Assembly: GCF_019464535.1 (NCBI RefSeq) | Contig: NZ_CP080507.1 | Coordinates: 2,640,001-2,672,000, forward strand | DNA: 32,000 nucleotides | From: Horticoccus luteus | Lineage (GTDB): Bacteria; Verrucomicrobiota; Verrucomicrobiia; Opitutales; Opitutaceae | Direction of reading: 5' to 3' | Shown here: positions 14,710 to 23,901 of the stretch, one piece after another | Layout: every line of letters begins with the position of its first letter | How positions within the stretch are numbered: position 1 is the first letter of the stretch | Program-made: the position numbers and the translations under genes | The notes under the pieces: model-generated | Databases searched by the model: none | What the model was told of the DNA's origin: nothing | Seen by the model: only the letters and a program-made list of their open reading frames with translations

Positions 14710-17496
14710 ATGTCGGCCTCCTTCTCCGCCAAACCCATCTGCCTGCCGGCGTTTCCTTCCGACGCGCCAGTGGAAGCGCGCCTCGCCGCGAGCAAGGAAT
14801 ACCTGCACGCCGGTCGCGAGCGTCTGCGTCTCCAGCACAAATCCAGCGCCAGCGGCCTGGCCGTCGTCCGCGGACTCGCCGCGCTCGTCGACGGCTTGCT
14901 GATCGCCCTCACCGAAGCCGCCCTGGCGAGCTGGTCGGCCATTCCGGGCAACTCCTCCGCGCCCATCGCGCTCGTCGCCCTCGGCGGCTACGGCCGCGGC
15001 GAGCTTTCCCCGCTGAGCGATGTCGACGTGATGTTTTTGCTCCCGTCAAAGACGCGTGCCGCCGTCGCCAAGCCGATGCTGGAACACTTTACGCGCGAGA
15101 TTCTTTACGTGCTCTGGGACTGCGATCTCAAGGTCGGCCATTCCACCCGCACCGTCGACGAGGTCTTCACCGAGGCGCGCAACGACATCCAGACGCTCAC
15201 CTCGCTCCTCGAAGCGCGCTTCATCGCCGGCTCCGCGACCCTCTACGAAGCCTTCGCGCAAGCCTATCGCAGCTTCTACACGACCGAGGACCCCAAAGGC
15301 TACATCTCCGCCCGCCTCGATGATCAACGCGTGCGTCGCCAGAAATACGGCGACACGCCCTTTCTCCAGGAGCCCGACGTCAAGAACGGCGTCGGCGGTC
15401 TCCGCGACTACCAAAACACCCTGTGGATGGCGCGCGTGAAGCTCGGCATCACCAGCCTCGACGAGCTCGTCACCCAACGCTATCTCGCCACCGCCGAGCT
15501 CCTCGAATTTCGCCGCGCCTACGACTACCTGCTTCGCGTGCGCAACGAGCTGCACTTCATGAGCCGGCACGTGACCGATGTCCTCAGTCTCGACGTCCAG
15601 GCGCGACTGGCCCTGCAACTGGGCTACACCGAAAAAAACGAACTGCAACGCGTCGAGCAGTTCATGCACGACTACTACACGGCCGCGCAGACGATTTTCC
15701 GCCTGTCGAAACTCGTCGAGGACCGGCTCGCGCTCAGCATCGGCCGCGGCGAATCCGCGAAACTTTCGTTCAAGGAGGTCCTCCTCGCCGCGAAGCTCCA
15801 ACGGGCCAAACACATCGATGGCTTTGTCGTCCGCGGCCGTTTGCTCGTCGCCGAACGCCCCGACGTCTTCACGGAAGACCCCGTCCGCCTGCTGCGCGTG
15901 TTCCGGCACTGCCAGCAACTCGACTGCAAACCCGACTTCCACCTCGCGGCGCAGATTCGCGCTTCGCTCAACCTCATCACGCGCGACGTGGTCGAATCGG
16001 CTGACGCCAACATCACCTTTCGCTCGATCCTTTCGGAAGCCGGCGGCGTTTTCCCCGTGCTGCAGCTCATGCACGAGGTCGGCGTGCTCGGCCGGTTTAT
16101 CCCGGAGTTCGATGGCCTTACCTGCCTCGTTCAGCACGAGTATTACCACCGCTACACCGCGGATGTGCACACGTTGGAAACGATCCGCCAACTCGACTTG
16201 GTCTTCTCGGAGGCCGAGCCCATCACGCTCAAATACCGGACCGCGCTTCGCGAAACCGCCGAACCCACCCTCCTCTACATCACGCTCCTGCTGCACGATA
16301 TCGGCAAGGCCCGCGGCATCAGCGGCCATGCCGAAAGCGGCGTGATCATCGCCGGCCCGCTGCTGGATCGGATGGGCGTCTCGCCGGAAGGCCGCGCGCT
16401 GGTGGAATTCACCATCAAAAATCATCTCGTTATGGCACGCTTTTGGCAGAAGCGTGATGTTGATGATCCGCAAACTGCCGCCGCTTTTGCCGAAATTGTC
16501 GGTGATGCCGAACGGCTTCGCCATCTCTACGTCCACACCTTTTGCGACGCCCGCGGCACCGCCGCCAGCCTCTGGAACGGCTACAAAGACACCCTCCACA
16601 CCGGCCTCTATCTCGGCACCTTGGAACACTTGAAACTCGGCCCCGACCTGCAGGCCAACCGCCAGGAAAAAATCGCCATGATTCAGCAAGAGCTCATCCT
16701 CAAGAAGGTGCCCGGCATCAATGCCGAGGAAATCACCGCCCACTTCGGGCTCCTGCCCGAACGCTACTTCATCCAGACCGACGCCGACGAGATCGCGTTG
16801 CACATCAAGATGGTCAACCGGCTCCTGCAATCCATCTCGGCCGCCGATTCGCTCGGCGCGCTGCGCCCCATCATCGAGTGGAAGAACGACCTCAACCGCT
16901 CCCACACCGTCGTCAACATCGTCACCTGGGATCGTGCCGGCCTCTTCTATAAACTCGCCGGTGCTCTCAGCGTGGCCGGCCTGTCCATCCTCGGCGCGAA
17001 GGTTATTTCCCGCAGCGATCACATCGCGATCGACACGTTCTACGTCGTCGAACCCGGCCGCGGCGTGGTGCAGGATACCGCCGCCCAGGAAACGTTCGCC
17101 CGCACGATCGAAGCCGCGCTCATGCAAAACAAAGATCTCTATCCCGAGATCCTCGCCCAAGCGAAAAAGATCTACACCCCGCGTCCGGTCGCCGGCCCGC
17201 AACTGTCGTTTCCTCCCTCTGTCGAGGTTTACCACGAACTCGCCATGCAGCGCACCATCGTCGAAGTGCAGGCGCGCGACCAGATCGGCCTCCTCTACCG
17301 CTTGGCGAAAACCATCTCCGATCAGGGATTCGACATCACCTTTGCCCGCGTCGGCACCGAACGCGGCGTCGCCATCGACACGTTCTACATCGAAGGCTCC
17401 GAAACCGCGCAAACCACCGACGAGACCCGGCTCGATCAACTCCGCGAAACACTCGTCGGCGTCATCACGCCCGCCCCGCAGCCGACAGCATCCTGA
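14710..17496 (+). CDS. glnD: [Protein-PII] uridylyltransferase / uridylyl-removing enzyme GlnD
   Basis: Nucleotidyltransferase motif GGYGRGELSPLSDVDVMFL. HD domain (HRYTADVHTLE...LLLHDIGK). Two C-terminal ACT domains (VVNIVTWDRAGLFYKLAGAL..., IVEVQARDQIGLLYRLAKTI...). Start trimmed to MSASFSAKP. Confidence 0.9.
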   Translation: MSASFSAKPICLPAFPSDAPVEARLAASKEYLHAGRERLRLQHKSSASGLAVVRGLAALVDGLLIALTEAALASWSAIPGNSSAPIALVALGGYGRGELSPLSDVDVMFLLPSKTRAAVAKPMLEHFTREILYVLWDCDLKVGHSTRTVDEVFTEARNDIQTLTSLLEARFIAGSATLYEAFAQAYRSFYTTEDPKGYISARLDDQRVRRQKYGDTPFLQEPDVKNGVGGLRDYQNTLWMARVKLGITSLDELVTQRYLATAELLEFRRAYDYLLRVRNELHFMSRHVTDVLSLDVQARLALQLGYTEKNELQRVEQFMHDYYTAAQTIFRLSKLVEDRLALSIGRGESAKLSFKEVLLAAKLQRAKHIDGFVVRGRLLVAERPDVFTEDPVRLLRVFRHCQQLDCKPDFHLAAQIRASLNLITRDVVESADANITFRSILSEAGGVFPVLQLMHEVGVLGRFIPEFDGLTCLVQHEYYHRYTADVHTLETIRQLDLVFSEAEPITLKYRTALRETAEPTLLYITLLLHDIGKARGISGHAESGVIIAGPLLDRMGVSPEGRALVEFTIKNHLVMARFWQKRDVDDPQTAAAFAEIVGDAERLRHLYVHTFCDARGTAASLWNGYKDTLHTGLYLGTLEHLKLGPDLQANRQEKIAMIQQELILKKVPGINAEEITAHFGLLPERYFIQTDADEIALHIKMVNRLLQSISAADSLGALRPIIEWKNDLNRSHTVVNIVTWDRAGLFYKLAGALSVAGLSILGAKVISRSDHIAIDTFYVVEPGRGVVQDTAAQETFARTIEAALMQNKDLYPEILAQAKKIYTPRPVAGPQLSFPPSVEVYHELAMQRTIVEVQARDQIGLLYRLAKTISDQGFDITFARVGTERGVAIDTFYIEGSETAQTTDETRLDQLRETLVGVITPAPQPTAS

Positions 17497-17620
17497 CGCG
17501 CCTCGCCCTCGTGCGCCGCGCCTGCACCGGTTGACCTCTGCCGCCGCGCAAACCGCCGCGCGCGTCTCGCGCCTCGCCCTGCCCTTTACGCCTGCGCTCC
17601 CTTCCTTCATCACGTCCCGC

Positions 17621-19360
17621 GTGAGCGCCTCCGCCGATCTTCCTTCCGACCACGCGCCTCACGTTCGCACCGCCACGACACTTTATCGGCTCGCGCGCCT
17701 CGCCACGAGTGCCGACGGCGCTACGGCTGCTCTGTCGGTGGCGCTGCGCGAACTGGTCGCCACGTTTGGCGCCGACGCCGGGTCCATCGCGCTCCTCGAT
17801 GCCAACGGCAGCGTCCTGCGCACGGATGTGCAAATCGGCCAGCCCGCGCACTCTGCCCCTTTTGAACTGAAATCCGGCCACGGCGTCACTGGTTGGTGTG
17901 TGGCCAACGCCAAGCCGCTCCTCGTCCCTGAAGTCGCCTCCGAACCCCGCTACATTTCCGCCCGCCCCGCCACGCAGTGCGAAATGGCGGCTCCCCTCGG
18001 CGAGGGCGATGAAGTCATCGGCGCCATCGACCTCGAAAGCGACCGCCCCCGCGCGTTCAATGCCGACGATCTCGCCTTGCTCACGCTCGCCGCGGCGGAA
18101 CTCACGCGCGTCATCCGGCACCTCTGGCGGCAGCACGCGTTCGAGCAAAAAGCGCGGCAACTCGAGTCCCTCATCACCATCGGCCGCTCCCTCGTCACCA
18201 AGCTCGAACCACAGGAACTGTTTGACACCGTCGTCGGCGATGCGCGCCAAATCCTGCAAGCCCGCGCCTGCATGTTTCAACGGCACGACGCCGCGACCGA
18301 TCGCCTCCGCCTCACCGCCTTCGCGGGTGATCCCGGCGCCGCCCCTTCGCAAACCGAGGCCGACGCGTCCGCCTGCCTCGCCGCCGCTGCGCTCCGCACG
18401 CAAAAACAAATCGAGCATCTCGATGTGCAGACGCCCGGCTTCGACACGCTCGCCGATCTGCCGACCACGCCCCTCGTGCGCTCGGTGCTCCTCACTCCCG
18501 TCGCCTACGAAGGGGAAATTTTTGGCGTCCTCTCGATCTTCACCGATCGCGTGCACCGCTTCACCAACGACGAAAAACGCCTCGCCGCCGCCCTCGCGTC
18601 GCTCGCCGCCGTCGCCCTGCAAAACACCCGCCTCTACGCCCGCGTTTTTCAAAGCGAAGCCACCCTCCGAAAAAACGAACAGCTCACGACGCTCGGTCTT
18701 CTCGCCGCCGAGATCGCCCACGAGATCCGCAACCCGCTCACGGTGTTGAAACTCCTCTACGGGCAGCTCGGCATCGAATTTCCCTCGGACGATCCGCGCC
18801 ACACCGACCTGCGCGTCATCGGCGAAAAACTCGATCAACTCGAAGCCATCGTCTCGCGCGTCCTCAACTTTGCCAAGGCGCCTGCCCGCCTCCATTCGCT
18901 CTGGCCGCTCGCCGACATCGTCACCGACACGCTCGTGCTCGTCCGTCTCAAGCTCGCCCAGGCGAAGATCCAAATTCGCTTCGAGGCACCGCCGGGCCCG
19001 CTGCTCGTCGACGCGCACAAGGGCCAGTTGCAGCAAGTGCTGCTTAACCTCATCCTCAACGCCACGCACGCGATGCCCGCTGGCGGCGAAATCGCACTTC
19101 GCCTCACCGGCGATCCCGCCGCGCAACCGCCGCTCGCCACGCTCGACCTGCGCGACACCGGTTCGGGCATCCCGGCGGAGATTCGCGACCGGATTTTCGA
19201 TTCGTTTCTCTCCGGTCGCTCCGGCGGCACCGGCCTCGGGCTCGCGATCGCGCGCCGCATCATGCTCGATCACCATGGCGACGTCACCCTCCTTGAAACC
19301 GGCCCTGCCGGCACCACCCTGCGCCTGACGCTGCCGCTCGCCAAACCCGCGGGCGACTGA
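17621..19360 (+). CDS. Soluble sensor histidine kinase, GAF-GAF-HisKA-HATPase_c
   Basis: Two GAF-like regions (GSIALLD...GVTGWCVANAKPLLVPEV...GAIDLES; CMFQRHD...GVLSIFTD). H-box LAAEIAHEIRNPLTVL. N/G boxes LNLILNATHAMPAGG, DTGSGIP and GGTGLGLAIARRI. No TM segments. No ATG is available after the glnD stop, so the start is a GTG at 17621 or a TTG at 17531. The part of the track ORF that overlaps glnD is spurious. Confidence 0.8.
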   Translation: MSASADLPSDHAPHVRTATTLYRLARLATSADGATAALSVALRELVATFGADAGSIALLDANGSVLRTDVQIGQPAHSAPFELKSGHGVTGWCVANAKPLLVPEVASEPRYISARPATQCEMAAPLGEGDEVIGAIDLESDRPRAFNADDLALLTLAAAELTRVIRHLWRQHAFEQKARQLESLITIGRSLVTKLEPQELFDTVVGDARQILQARACMFQRHDAATDRLRLTAFAGDPGAAPSQTEADASACLAAAALRTQKQIEHLDVQTPGFDTLADLPTTPLVRSVLLTPVAYEGEIFGVLSIFTDRVHRFTNDEKRLAAALASLAAVALQNTRLYARVFQSEATLRKNEQLTTLGLLAAEIAHEIRNPLTVLKLLYGQLGIEFPSDDPRHTDLRVIGEKLDQLEAIVSRVLNFAKAPARLHSLWPLADIVTDTLVLVRLKLAQAKIQIRFEAPPGPLLVDAHKGQLQQVLLNLILNATHAMPAGGEIALRLTGDPAAQPPLATLDLRDTGSGIPAEIRDRIFDSFLSGRSGGTGLGLAIARRIMLDHHGDVTLLETGPAGTTLRLTLPLAKPAGD

Positions 19361-19452
19361 GCCGCTCGCTTACTTCGCCAACCCTTCTTTTATTCGCGAC
19401 GCGCTTTTTTCGTTCCCGCCTCCACCCCGCGTCATCAGTTTGTTTTCCGCTC

Positions 19453-19662
19453 ATGGCTCCGCCTACCGATCGCAAATCTCGCCAGCGCCAGCTCCGCCTC
19501 GTCAACGTGCTGGGCATCGCGCTCATCGTCGCCGGCCTGGTTGTGGCACTCTTCCTCCATCGCGTCATTTTGCCGATGCGCCTTGCGATGGGTTTCATCG
19601 ACGTGATCGCGGGCGCCACTCTCTTGATTTTCGCCCGTCAGCAGGCGCGGCGCGACTTGTGA
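19453..19662 (+). CDS. Small (69 aa) two-TM membrane protein, hypothetical
   Basis: Host-like codon usage (CTC/ATC/GTC). Basic N-terminus followed by two hydrophobic helices (LVNVLGIALIVAGLVVALFL; GFIDVIAGATLLIFA). No family recognised. Confidence 0.45.
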   Translation: MAPPTDRKSRQRQLRLVNVLGIALIVAGLVVALFLHRVILPMRLAMGFIDVIAGATLLIFARQQARRDL

Positions 19663-19720
19663 CTGGGCTGCTCGCCGCTCGCGCGGCGCGGCGCGGCGCG
19701 AGTCCCGGCCCCCGCGACCG

Positions 19721-20302
19721 CTATTTGGCCGACTCCCACTTTAGATCGACCATCAGATCCGCGGCGATTTTCTCCAAGTCCGCGCGCACGTCAGCAAAGT
19801 GCACCTCCGCCGGCACGAAAACCGTCGCGCGCGCCTGAAACAAGGTGCCGCCACCGTGCGGTGCCGGCATGCGTTCCGAAGCGAGTTCCTCGACGTTCAC
19901 GCCGTGAGCCGCCAGCACGCTGGAAACGCTGCGCAAAATTCCCGGCCGATCGTTGCCCACCAATTCCAGCAACGCCACGGCGCCGCTTTTCGCCGGTGAA
20001 ATCTCGTCGCCCGTTTCGCTGTGCACCGTCACCTGCAATCCCCCGTGATCGAGCCCTCGCAGCGCTTGCAACAGCTCGTCCCGCCGCTCGGCGGCCACTT
20101 CGACGCGCAACAGTCCGGCAAACTGGCCGCCGAGCCGGCACATGCGGCTCTCCAACCAATTGCCGCCGTGGTCGGCCACGCACGCCGCCACAGTCCGCAC
20201 CAGCCCGGGCCGGTCGTTGCCGATCACTGTCATCACCAAATTCGCGAGCATGCCCGTGACCATGGTCGTCGCCGCGGTCATCGCAACACGACAATCCGCC
20301 AC
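19721..20302 (-). CDS. Tandem ACT-domain protein, GcvR-like (glycine cleavage system regulator family)
   Basis: Two copies of the ACT signature (VMTVIGNDRPGLVRTVAACVADHGGNWLESRM and LLELVGNDRPGILRSVSSVLAAHGVNVEEL), as in GcvR. The real start is probably an internal Met (20281, 20263 or 20251). Confidence 0.7.
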   Translation of the reverse strand: MADCRVAMTAATTMVTGMLANLVMTVIGNDRPGLVRTVAACVADHGGNWLESRMCRLGGQFAGLLRVEVAAERRDELLQALRGLDHGGLQVTVHSETGDEISPAKSGAVALLELVGNDRPGILRSVSSVLAAHGVNVEELASERMPAPHGGGTLFQARATVFVPAEVHFADVRADLEKIAADLMVDLKWESAK

Positions 20303-20334
20303 GTTCCCGGCGCGCGCACACCGCGCCCGTCACC

Positions 20335-20952
20335 TCATTCGTCGAGTTCGACGTTCCAATACGCCAGGTCGAGAAAGTCCTTCCACATCTCGTGATGCTG
20401 CGTCCCGAGCACCAGGGAAATGATCGGCCGCCACTTGGGCCGCGACGGCTTGCGGATAAGCCGCATGTGGGCCTCGTGCGGCAGGCGGTTCGACTTTCTC
20501 GTGTTACACTTGATGCACGAGCACACAATGTTCTCCCACGTCGTTTTCCCGCCGTGATCGCGCGGGATCACGTGATCCAGGTTCAACTCCTCCCGCACGA
20601 ACACGCGGCCGCAATATTGGCACTGGTTCTTATCGCGCTCGAACACGTTGTTGCGCGTCAGCTTGAGCTCTTTGCACGGCAACTTATCGAAATACGTGAG
20701 CAAAATCACCCGCGGCAACCGGATCGCGCGCGTCGGCGTATGCACCGTATCAAGTGCCGCAAGCGGCGGATTGCTCGTCGAAAAATCAATCCAGTCGAGC
20801 ATCGAGAACGTTTTGAAGTCGTCCTCCTGATGATGGACGACGTGCGCATGACCGCGCGCCAGCAACGCGAATGCGCGTCGGGCGCCGATGACATTCACCG
20901 CCTGCCACAGCCGGTTCAGCACCAGCACAGGTTGATCAAGCACGGCCTCCAT
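20335..20952 (-). CDS. HNH endonuclease (McrA/COG1403-like) with conserved N-terminal domain
   Basis: CQYCG...LNLDHVIPRDHGGKTTWENIVCSCIKCNTRKSNR is a complete HNH/CCHH motif. The N-terminal PVLVLNRLWQAVNVIGARRAFALL block is typical of the about 200-aa stand-alone family. The track ORF extends to 21399 and overlaps the divergent tlpA-like gene, so it was trimmed to MEAVLDQ (alternative Met at 20982). Confidence 0.8.
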   Translation of the reverse strand: MEAVLDQPVLVLNRLWQAVNVIGARRAFALLARGHAHVVHHQEDDFKTFSMLDWIDFSTSNPPLAALDTVHTPTRAIRLPRVILLTYFDKLPCKELKLTRNNVFERDKNQCQYCGRVFVREELNLDHVIPRDHGGKTTWENIVCSCIKCNTRKSNRLPHEAHMRLIRKPSRPKWRPIISLVLGTQHHEMWKDFLDLAYWNVELDE

Positions 20953-21067
20953 ACGGAGGCATGCCAATAACGACCGGTGCATTCCACTGTCAAGGGTGGC
21001 CGCCGGCGGCCCGGCCTTTGGCTTGCAACCCGGCCGGACCGTGCTCCGTTGCGAGAAAGCCATTCCC

Positions 21068-21979
21068 ATGAAATCCCGCGCCCTTCGCCTGCCCTTGCTC
21101 GCCGCCACCCTCCTTTTGTCGCTCGGTCTCCGCGCGCAAACGCCCCCGGCCGTCGTCGTGCCCAAACCCGTCACGCCGCCCCCGAGCGCTCCGGCGCCCG
21201 CCGTCCCACCAATCGTAGCCCCGGCGGAAAGCCCCGCGGAAACGGATTTGAAACAACTGGTGGGCGACATCTCCACGAAACTCCGCGCCGCCCAGAACAC
21301 CCCGGAGGCACTCGCGCCGGAACTCCAACGCTTCGACGCGCTGCTGGAAAAATACGCGGCCCAAAAAACCGAAGACACCGCCGGCATTCTCGCCTCCAAA
21401 GCGATGCTCTACCTGCAGGTCTTCCAAGATTACCCCCGCGGCGCCGAATTGCTCCAGCAGTTGCAAAAAGATTTTCCCAACACCGGATTCGCGCAGCGCG
21501 CCACGGCCGTCCTCGCGGAACTCGGGCCGATCCTCGCCTCCAGCAAAGTCAGCGCGGCCCTGAAAGTCGGCACACCCTTCCCGGCGTTTTCCGAAACCGA
21601 TCTCGATGGTCATCCGCTCACGCTGGCCGCTTTGAAGGGCAAAATTGTGCTCGTCGATTTCTGGGCCACTTGGTGCGGCCCGTGCGTGCAAGAGCTGCCA
21701 AACGTCGTCGCCGCCTACGAAAAATATCACGCGAAGGGCTTTGAAATTGTCGGGATCAGCCTCGATCACGATCGCGCCAAGCTCGTCGCCTTCATGCAGG
21801 AGCGCCATGTCACGTGGCCGCAATATTTCGACGGCGCGGGCTGGAAAAACAAACTCGCCAAAGCATACGGGGTGAACTCCATCCCCGCGACCTACCTCCT
21901 CGACGGCGACGGCAAGATCATCGCGAAGGACCTTCGCGGCCCCGCGCTCGAGCGCGAGCTCGCCCAGCGTCTGCCGTAA
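21068..21979 (+). CDS. Secreted TlpA-like thiol:disulfide oxidoreductase (thioredoxin fold) with N-terminal helical domain
   Basis: Signal peptide MKSRALRLPLLAATLLLSLGLRAQ. LVDFWATWCGPCVQELP (CxxC). IVGISLD...YGVNSIPATYLLDGDGKII, typical of the TlpA/ResA/AhpC-TSA family. Confidence 0.8.
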   Translation: MKSRALRLPLLAATLLLSLGLRAQTPPAVVVPKPVTPPPSAPAPAVPPIVAPAESPAETDLKQLVGDISTKLRAAQNTPEALAPELQRFDALLEKYAAQKTEDTAGILASKAMLYLQVFQDYPRGAELLQQLQKDFPNTGFAQRATAVLAELGPILASSKVSAALKVGTPFPAFSETDLDGHPLTLAALKGKIVLVDFWATWCGPCVQELPNVVAAYEKYHAKGFEIVGISLDHDRAKLVAFMQERHVTWPQYFDGAGWKNKLAKAYGVNSIPATYLLDGDGKIIAKDLRGPALERELAQRLP

Positions 21980-22011
21980 GCGGCCGCACGCCGCTCCGCT
22001 CGCTCCTTCGC

Positions 22012-23772
22012 CTAACGCGCGTGCGCGCCCGCGAGCGCCGGCGCAAGCGTCGCGCCCTTGAGCCGCACGCCTTCGAGTTTCTCCACCACGATGCTCGCAT
22101 GCTCCGCCGTCACGTCGGCGAGCGTGTGCCGCTGGTGAATGTCGATCGCCCCGACGATGGCGGCCGGCAGCCGCGTCACCCCGGCGATTTTCCCCACGAT
22201 ATCCGCCGGCGTCACCAGATCCTTTCGTCCGATGTTGAGAAATACGGTCGCATAACCCGCCTGACCGGTGCGGGAGGGCCGGTCATACTTGCGCTTCCTT
22301 GCTTCCGCCTCCTCTTCCGCCGCGTCGCCGCCCGGGGCGGGCTGAACGTGGGGCGAAGAGGCTGGCGTTGGCGCGCTGCGCTCGACGACTTTTTTCGCCC
22401 ACGCGGGAGCTGACGACGCCGCGCTGCGCTTCGGCTCCGGCAACGGCGCCTTCTCCGGCCCGCTCCCGGACGCGGAATTACCCGCGCCACCCTGCAGCAA
22501 GTGGATCAACGCCGCGCAAATCTCCGTGCTCGCGTAGCCCTGTTCCAGAAGCCGGTCGACGAGTCGGTCCTGCGGTGCGAATTCCTTCGCTTCGAGCGTC
22601 GCGCGCAATTTCTCGAAAAACACATTCGTGCGTGCCTCCTCCACCTGGTCCATCGAAGGCACGTTTTCCCGGCGAATCTTCAGCTTCGCGAAGCGCACCA
22701 TCGCCTGCAATTTGTAGATCTCGCGCCCCGAGACGAACGTGAACGCCCGGCCGGATTTGCCCGCCCGGCCGGTCCGACCGATGCGGTGCGTGTAATCCTC
22801 CGCGTCGTTGGGTAAGTCGTAATTAAACACGACCTCGAGGTCGTCGACGTCGAGCCCGCGCGCCGCCACATCCGTGGCCACGAGAAACTCGAATCCCTTG
22901 CGGCGGAATTTTTCCATCACCCGGTCGCGTTGTGCCTGTGAGATGTCGCCGTGCAGCCGATCCACCGCGTAACCGCGCGCATGCAGGTGCTCGTCGAGTT
23001 CATCGACCATGATCTTCGTGCTGCAAAAAATAATGCCGAAACGGAAATCGTTCACATCGATCAGCCGGGTGAGCGCCTCGATTTTCGACCGCCGGTCGAC
23101 CTCGAAATAGACCTGCTCCACCTGCGGAGCATTTTGCGCCAGCGCCTCGATCTTGATCCAAGCCGGATCGCGACTGTAGCGCTTGATCAAGTCCTGGATC
23201 GCGCGCGGCATCGTGGCGGAAAAAAACAGCAACTGCCGCTGCTCCGGCACGGCCGAGAGGATCGTCTCGATGTCCTCGCGAAAGCCCATGTCGAGCATCC
23301 GGTCGGCTTCGTCGAGCACCACGAGTTTCAACGCGTCCAGCTTCAGCGTGCCGCGCTGCATGTGATCCATCACCCGCCCCGGCGTGCCGATCACCACCTG
23401 CACCCCGGCCGCCAGCGCACGAAACTGCCGCTCGTAGCTCTGACCGCCATAAATCGGCACCGCGTTCACCCCGCGTTTGAACAGCGACAACTTCCCCGCC
23501 TCCTCAGCGACTTGCACGGCCAGCTCGCGCGTGGGACAGAGAATCAACACCTGCACTTTGCGCAGCTGCGGATCGACTTTCTCAATCGCAGGAATCGCAA
23601 ACGCGGCCGTCTTGCCCGAGCCGGTCGACGACTGGCCCACCACGTCGCGGCCTTCCAAAATGGTCGGGATCACCGCCGTCTGAATCGGCGACGCCTCTTC
23701 AAATCCGAGCTTGTCGACGGCTTTGAGAATTTCGGGCGAAAGGCCGAGCTCGGCAAACGGGCGTTTTTCCAT
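22012..23772 (-). CDS. deaD: DEAD-box ATP-dependent RNA helicase (DeaD/CsdA-like with DbpA-type C-terminal RNA-binding domain)
   Basis: Q motif (FEEASPIQ), GSGKTAAF, PTRELA, VLDEADRMLDMGF, SAT, ATDVAARGLDV and HRIGRTGRAG. The C-terminal ATVFLNIGRKDLVTPADIVGKIAG... is DbpA-like. Start trimmed to MEKRPFAELGL. Confidence 0.9.
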   Translation of the reverse strand: MEKRPFAELGLSPEILKAVDKLGFEEASPIQTAVIPTILEGRDVVGQSSTGSGKTAAFAIPAIEKVDPQLRKVQVLILCPTRELAVQVAEEAGKLSLFKRGVNAVPIYGGQSYERQFRALAAGVQVVIGTPGRVMDHMQRGTLKLDALKLVVLDEADRMLDMGFREDIETILSAVPEQRQLLFFSATMPRAIQDLIKRYSRDPAWIKIEALAQNAPQVEQVYFEVDRRSKIEALTRLIDVNDFRFGIIFCSTKIMVDELDEHLHARGYAVDRLHGDISQAQRDRVMEKFRRKGFEFLVATDVAARGLDVDDLEVVFNYDLPNDAEDYTHRIGRTGRAGKSGRAFTFVSGREIYKLQAMVRFAKLKIRRENVPSMDQVEEARTNVFFEKLRATLEAKEFAPQDRLVDRLLEQGYASTEICAALIHLLQGGAGNSASGSGPEKAPLPEPKRSAASSAPAWAKKVVERSAPTPASSPHVQPAPGGDAAEEEAEARKRKYDRPSRTGQAGYATVFLNIGRKDLVTPADIVGKIAGVTRLPAAIVGAIDIHQRHTLADVTAEHASIVVEKLEGVRLKGATLAPALAGAHAR

Positions 23773-23901
23773 GCACCAACGTGCAGCTACTCGCGCTCCG
23801 GCGCGAGCACCTTTCACGGTCTTCGTCGCCGCACTGCATTTCGGCGCACCGCGCCGCGCGGCCGCCGCGGCACCATTTCCCTCCTGAGTCGGCACGCAAA
23901 A

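Noticed and set aside
14506-14838. N-terminal extensions of track ORFs: valS to 14838, glnD from 14632, kinase from 16721, HNH to 21399, deaD to 23895, groES to 26038, rsmE from 4564, tlpA from 20996, oppB from 30984 and 8505..8714
   Set aside because: The extensions are Arg/Ala/Pro-rich, overlap neighbouring genes or intergenic hairpins, and precede Met residues that align with canonical family N-termini. All were trimmed.
15046-17613. 855-aa minus-strand ORF antisense to glnD. The same applies to 17465..19276 (-) antisense to the histidine kinase.
   Set aside because: The same GC-driven artefact. The translations are Gly/Asp/Arg/Ala-rich with no recognisable domains, and the sense strands carry complete GlnD and HisKA/HATPase motifs.
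23814-23876. AGGAGG-like sequence followed by a 20-codon Arg-rich uORF (MVPRRPRGAVRRNAVRRRRP) in the deaD leader; considered as a leader peptide or attenuator
   Set aside because: The highly expressed genes in this window (groES, groEL, dnaK) lack SD sequences, so an SD match carries little weight here. The 3-nt SD-ATG spacing is short, and the Arg-rich composition is what random GC-rich frames yield.
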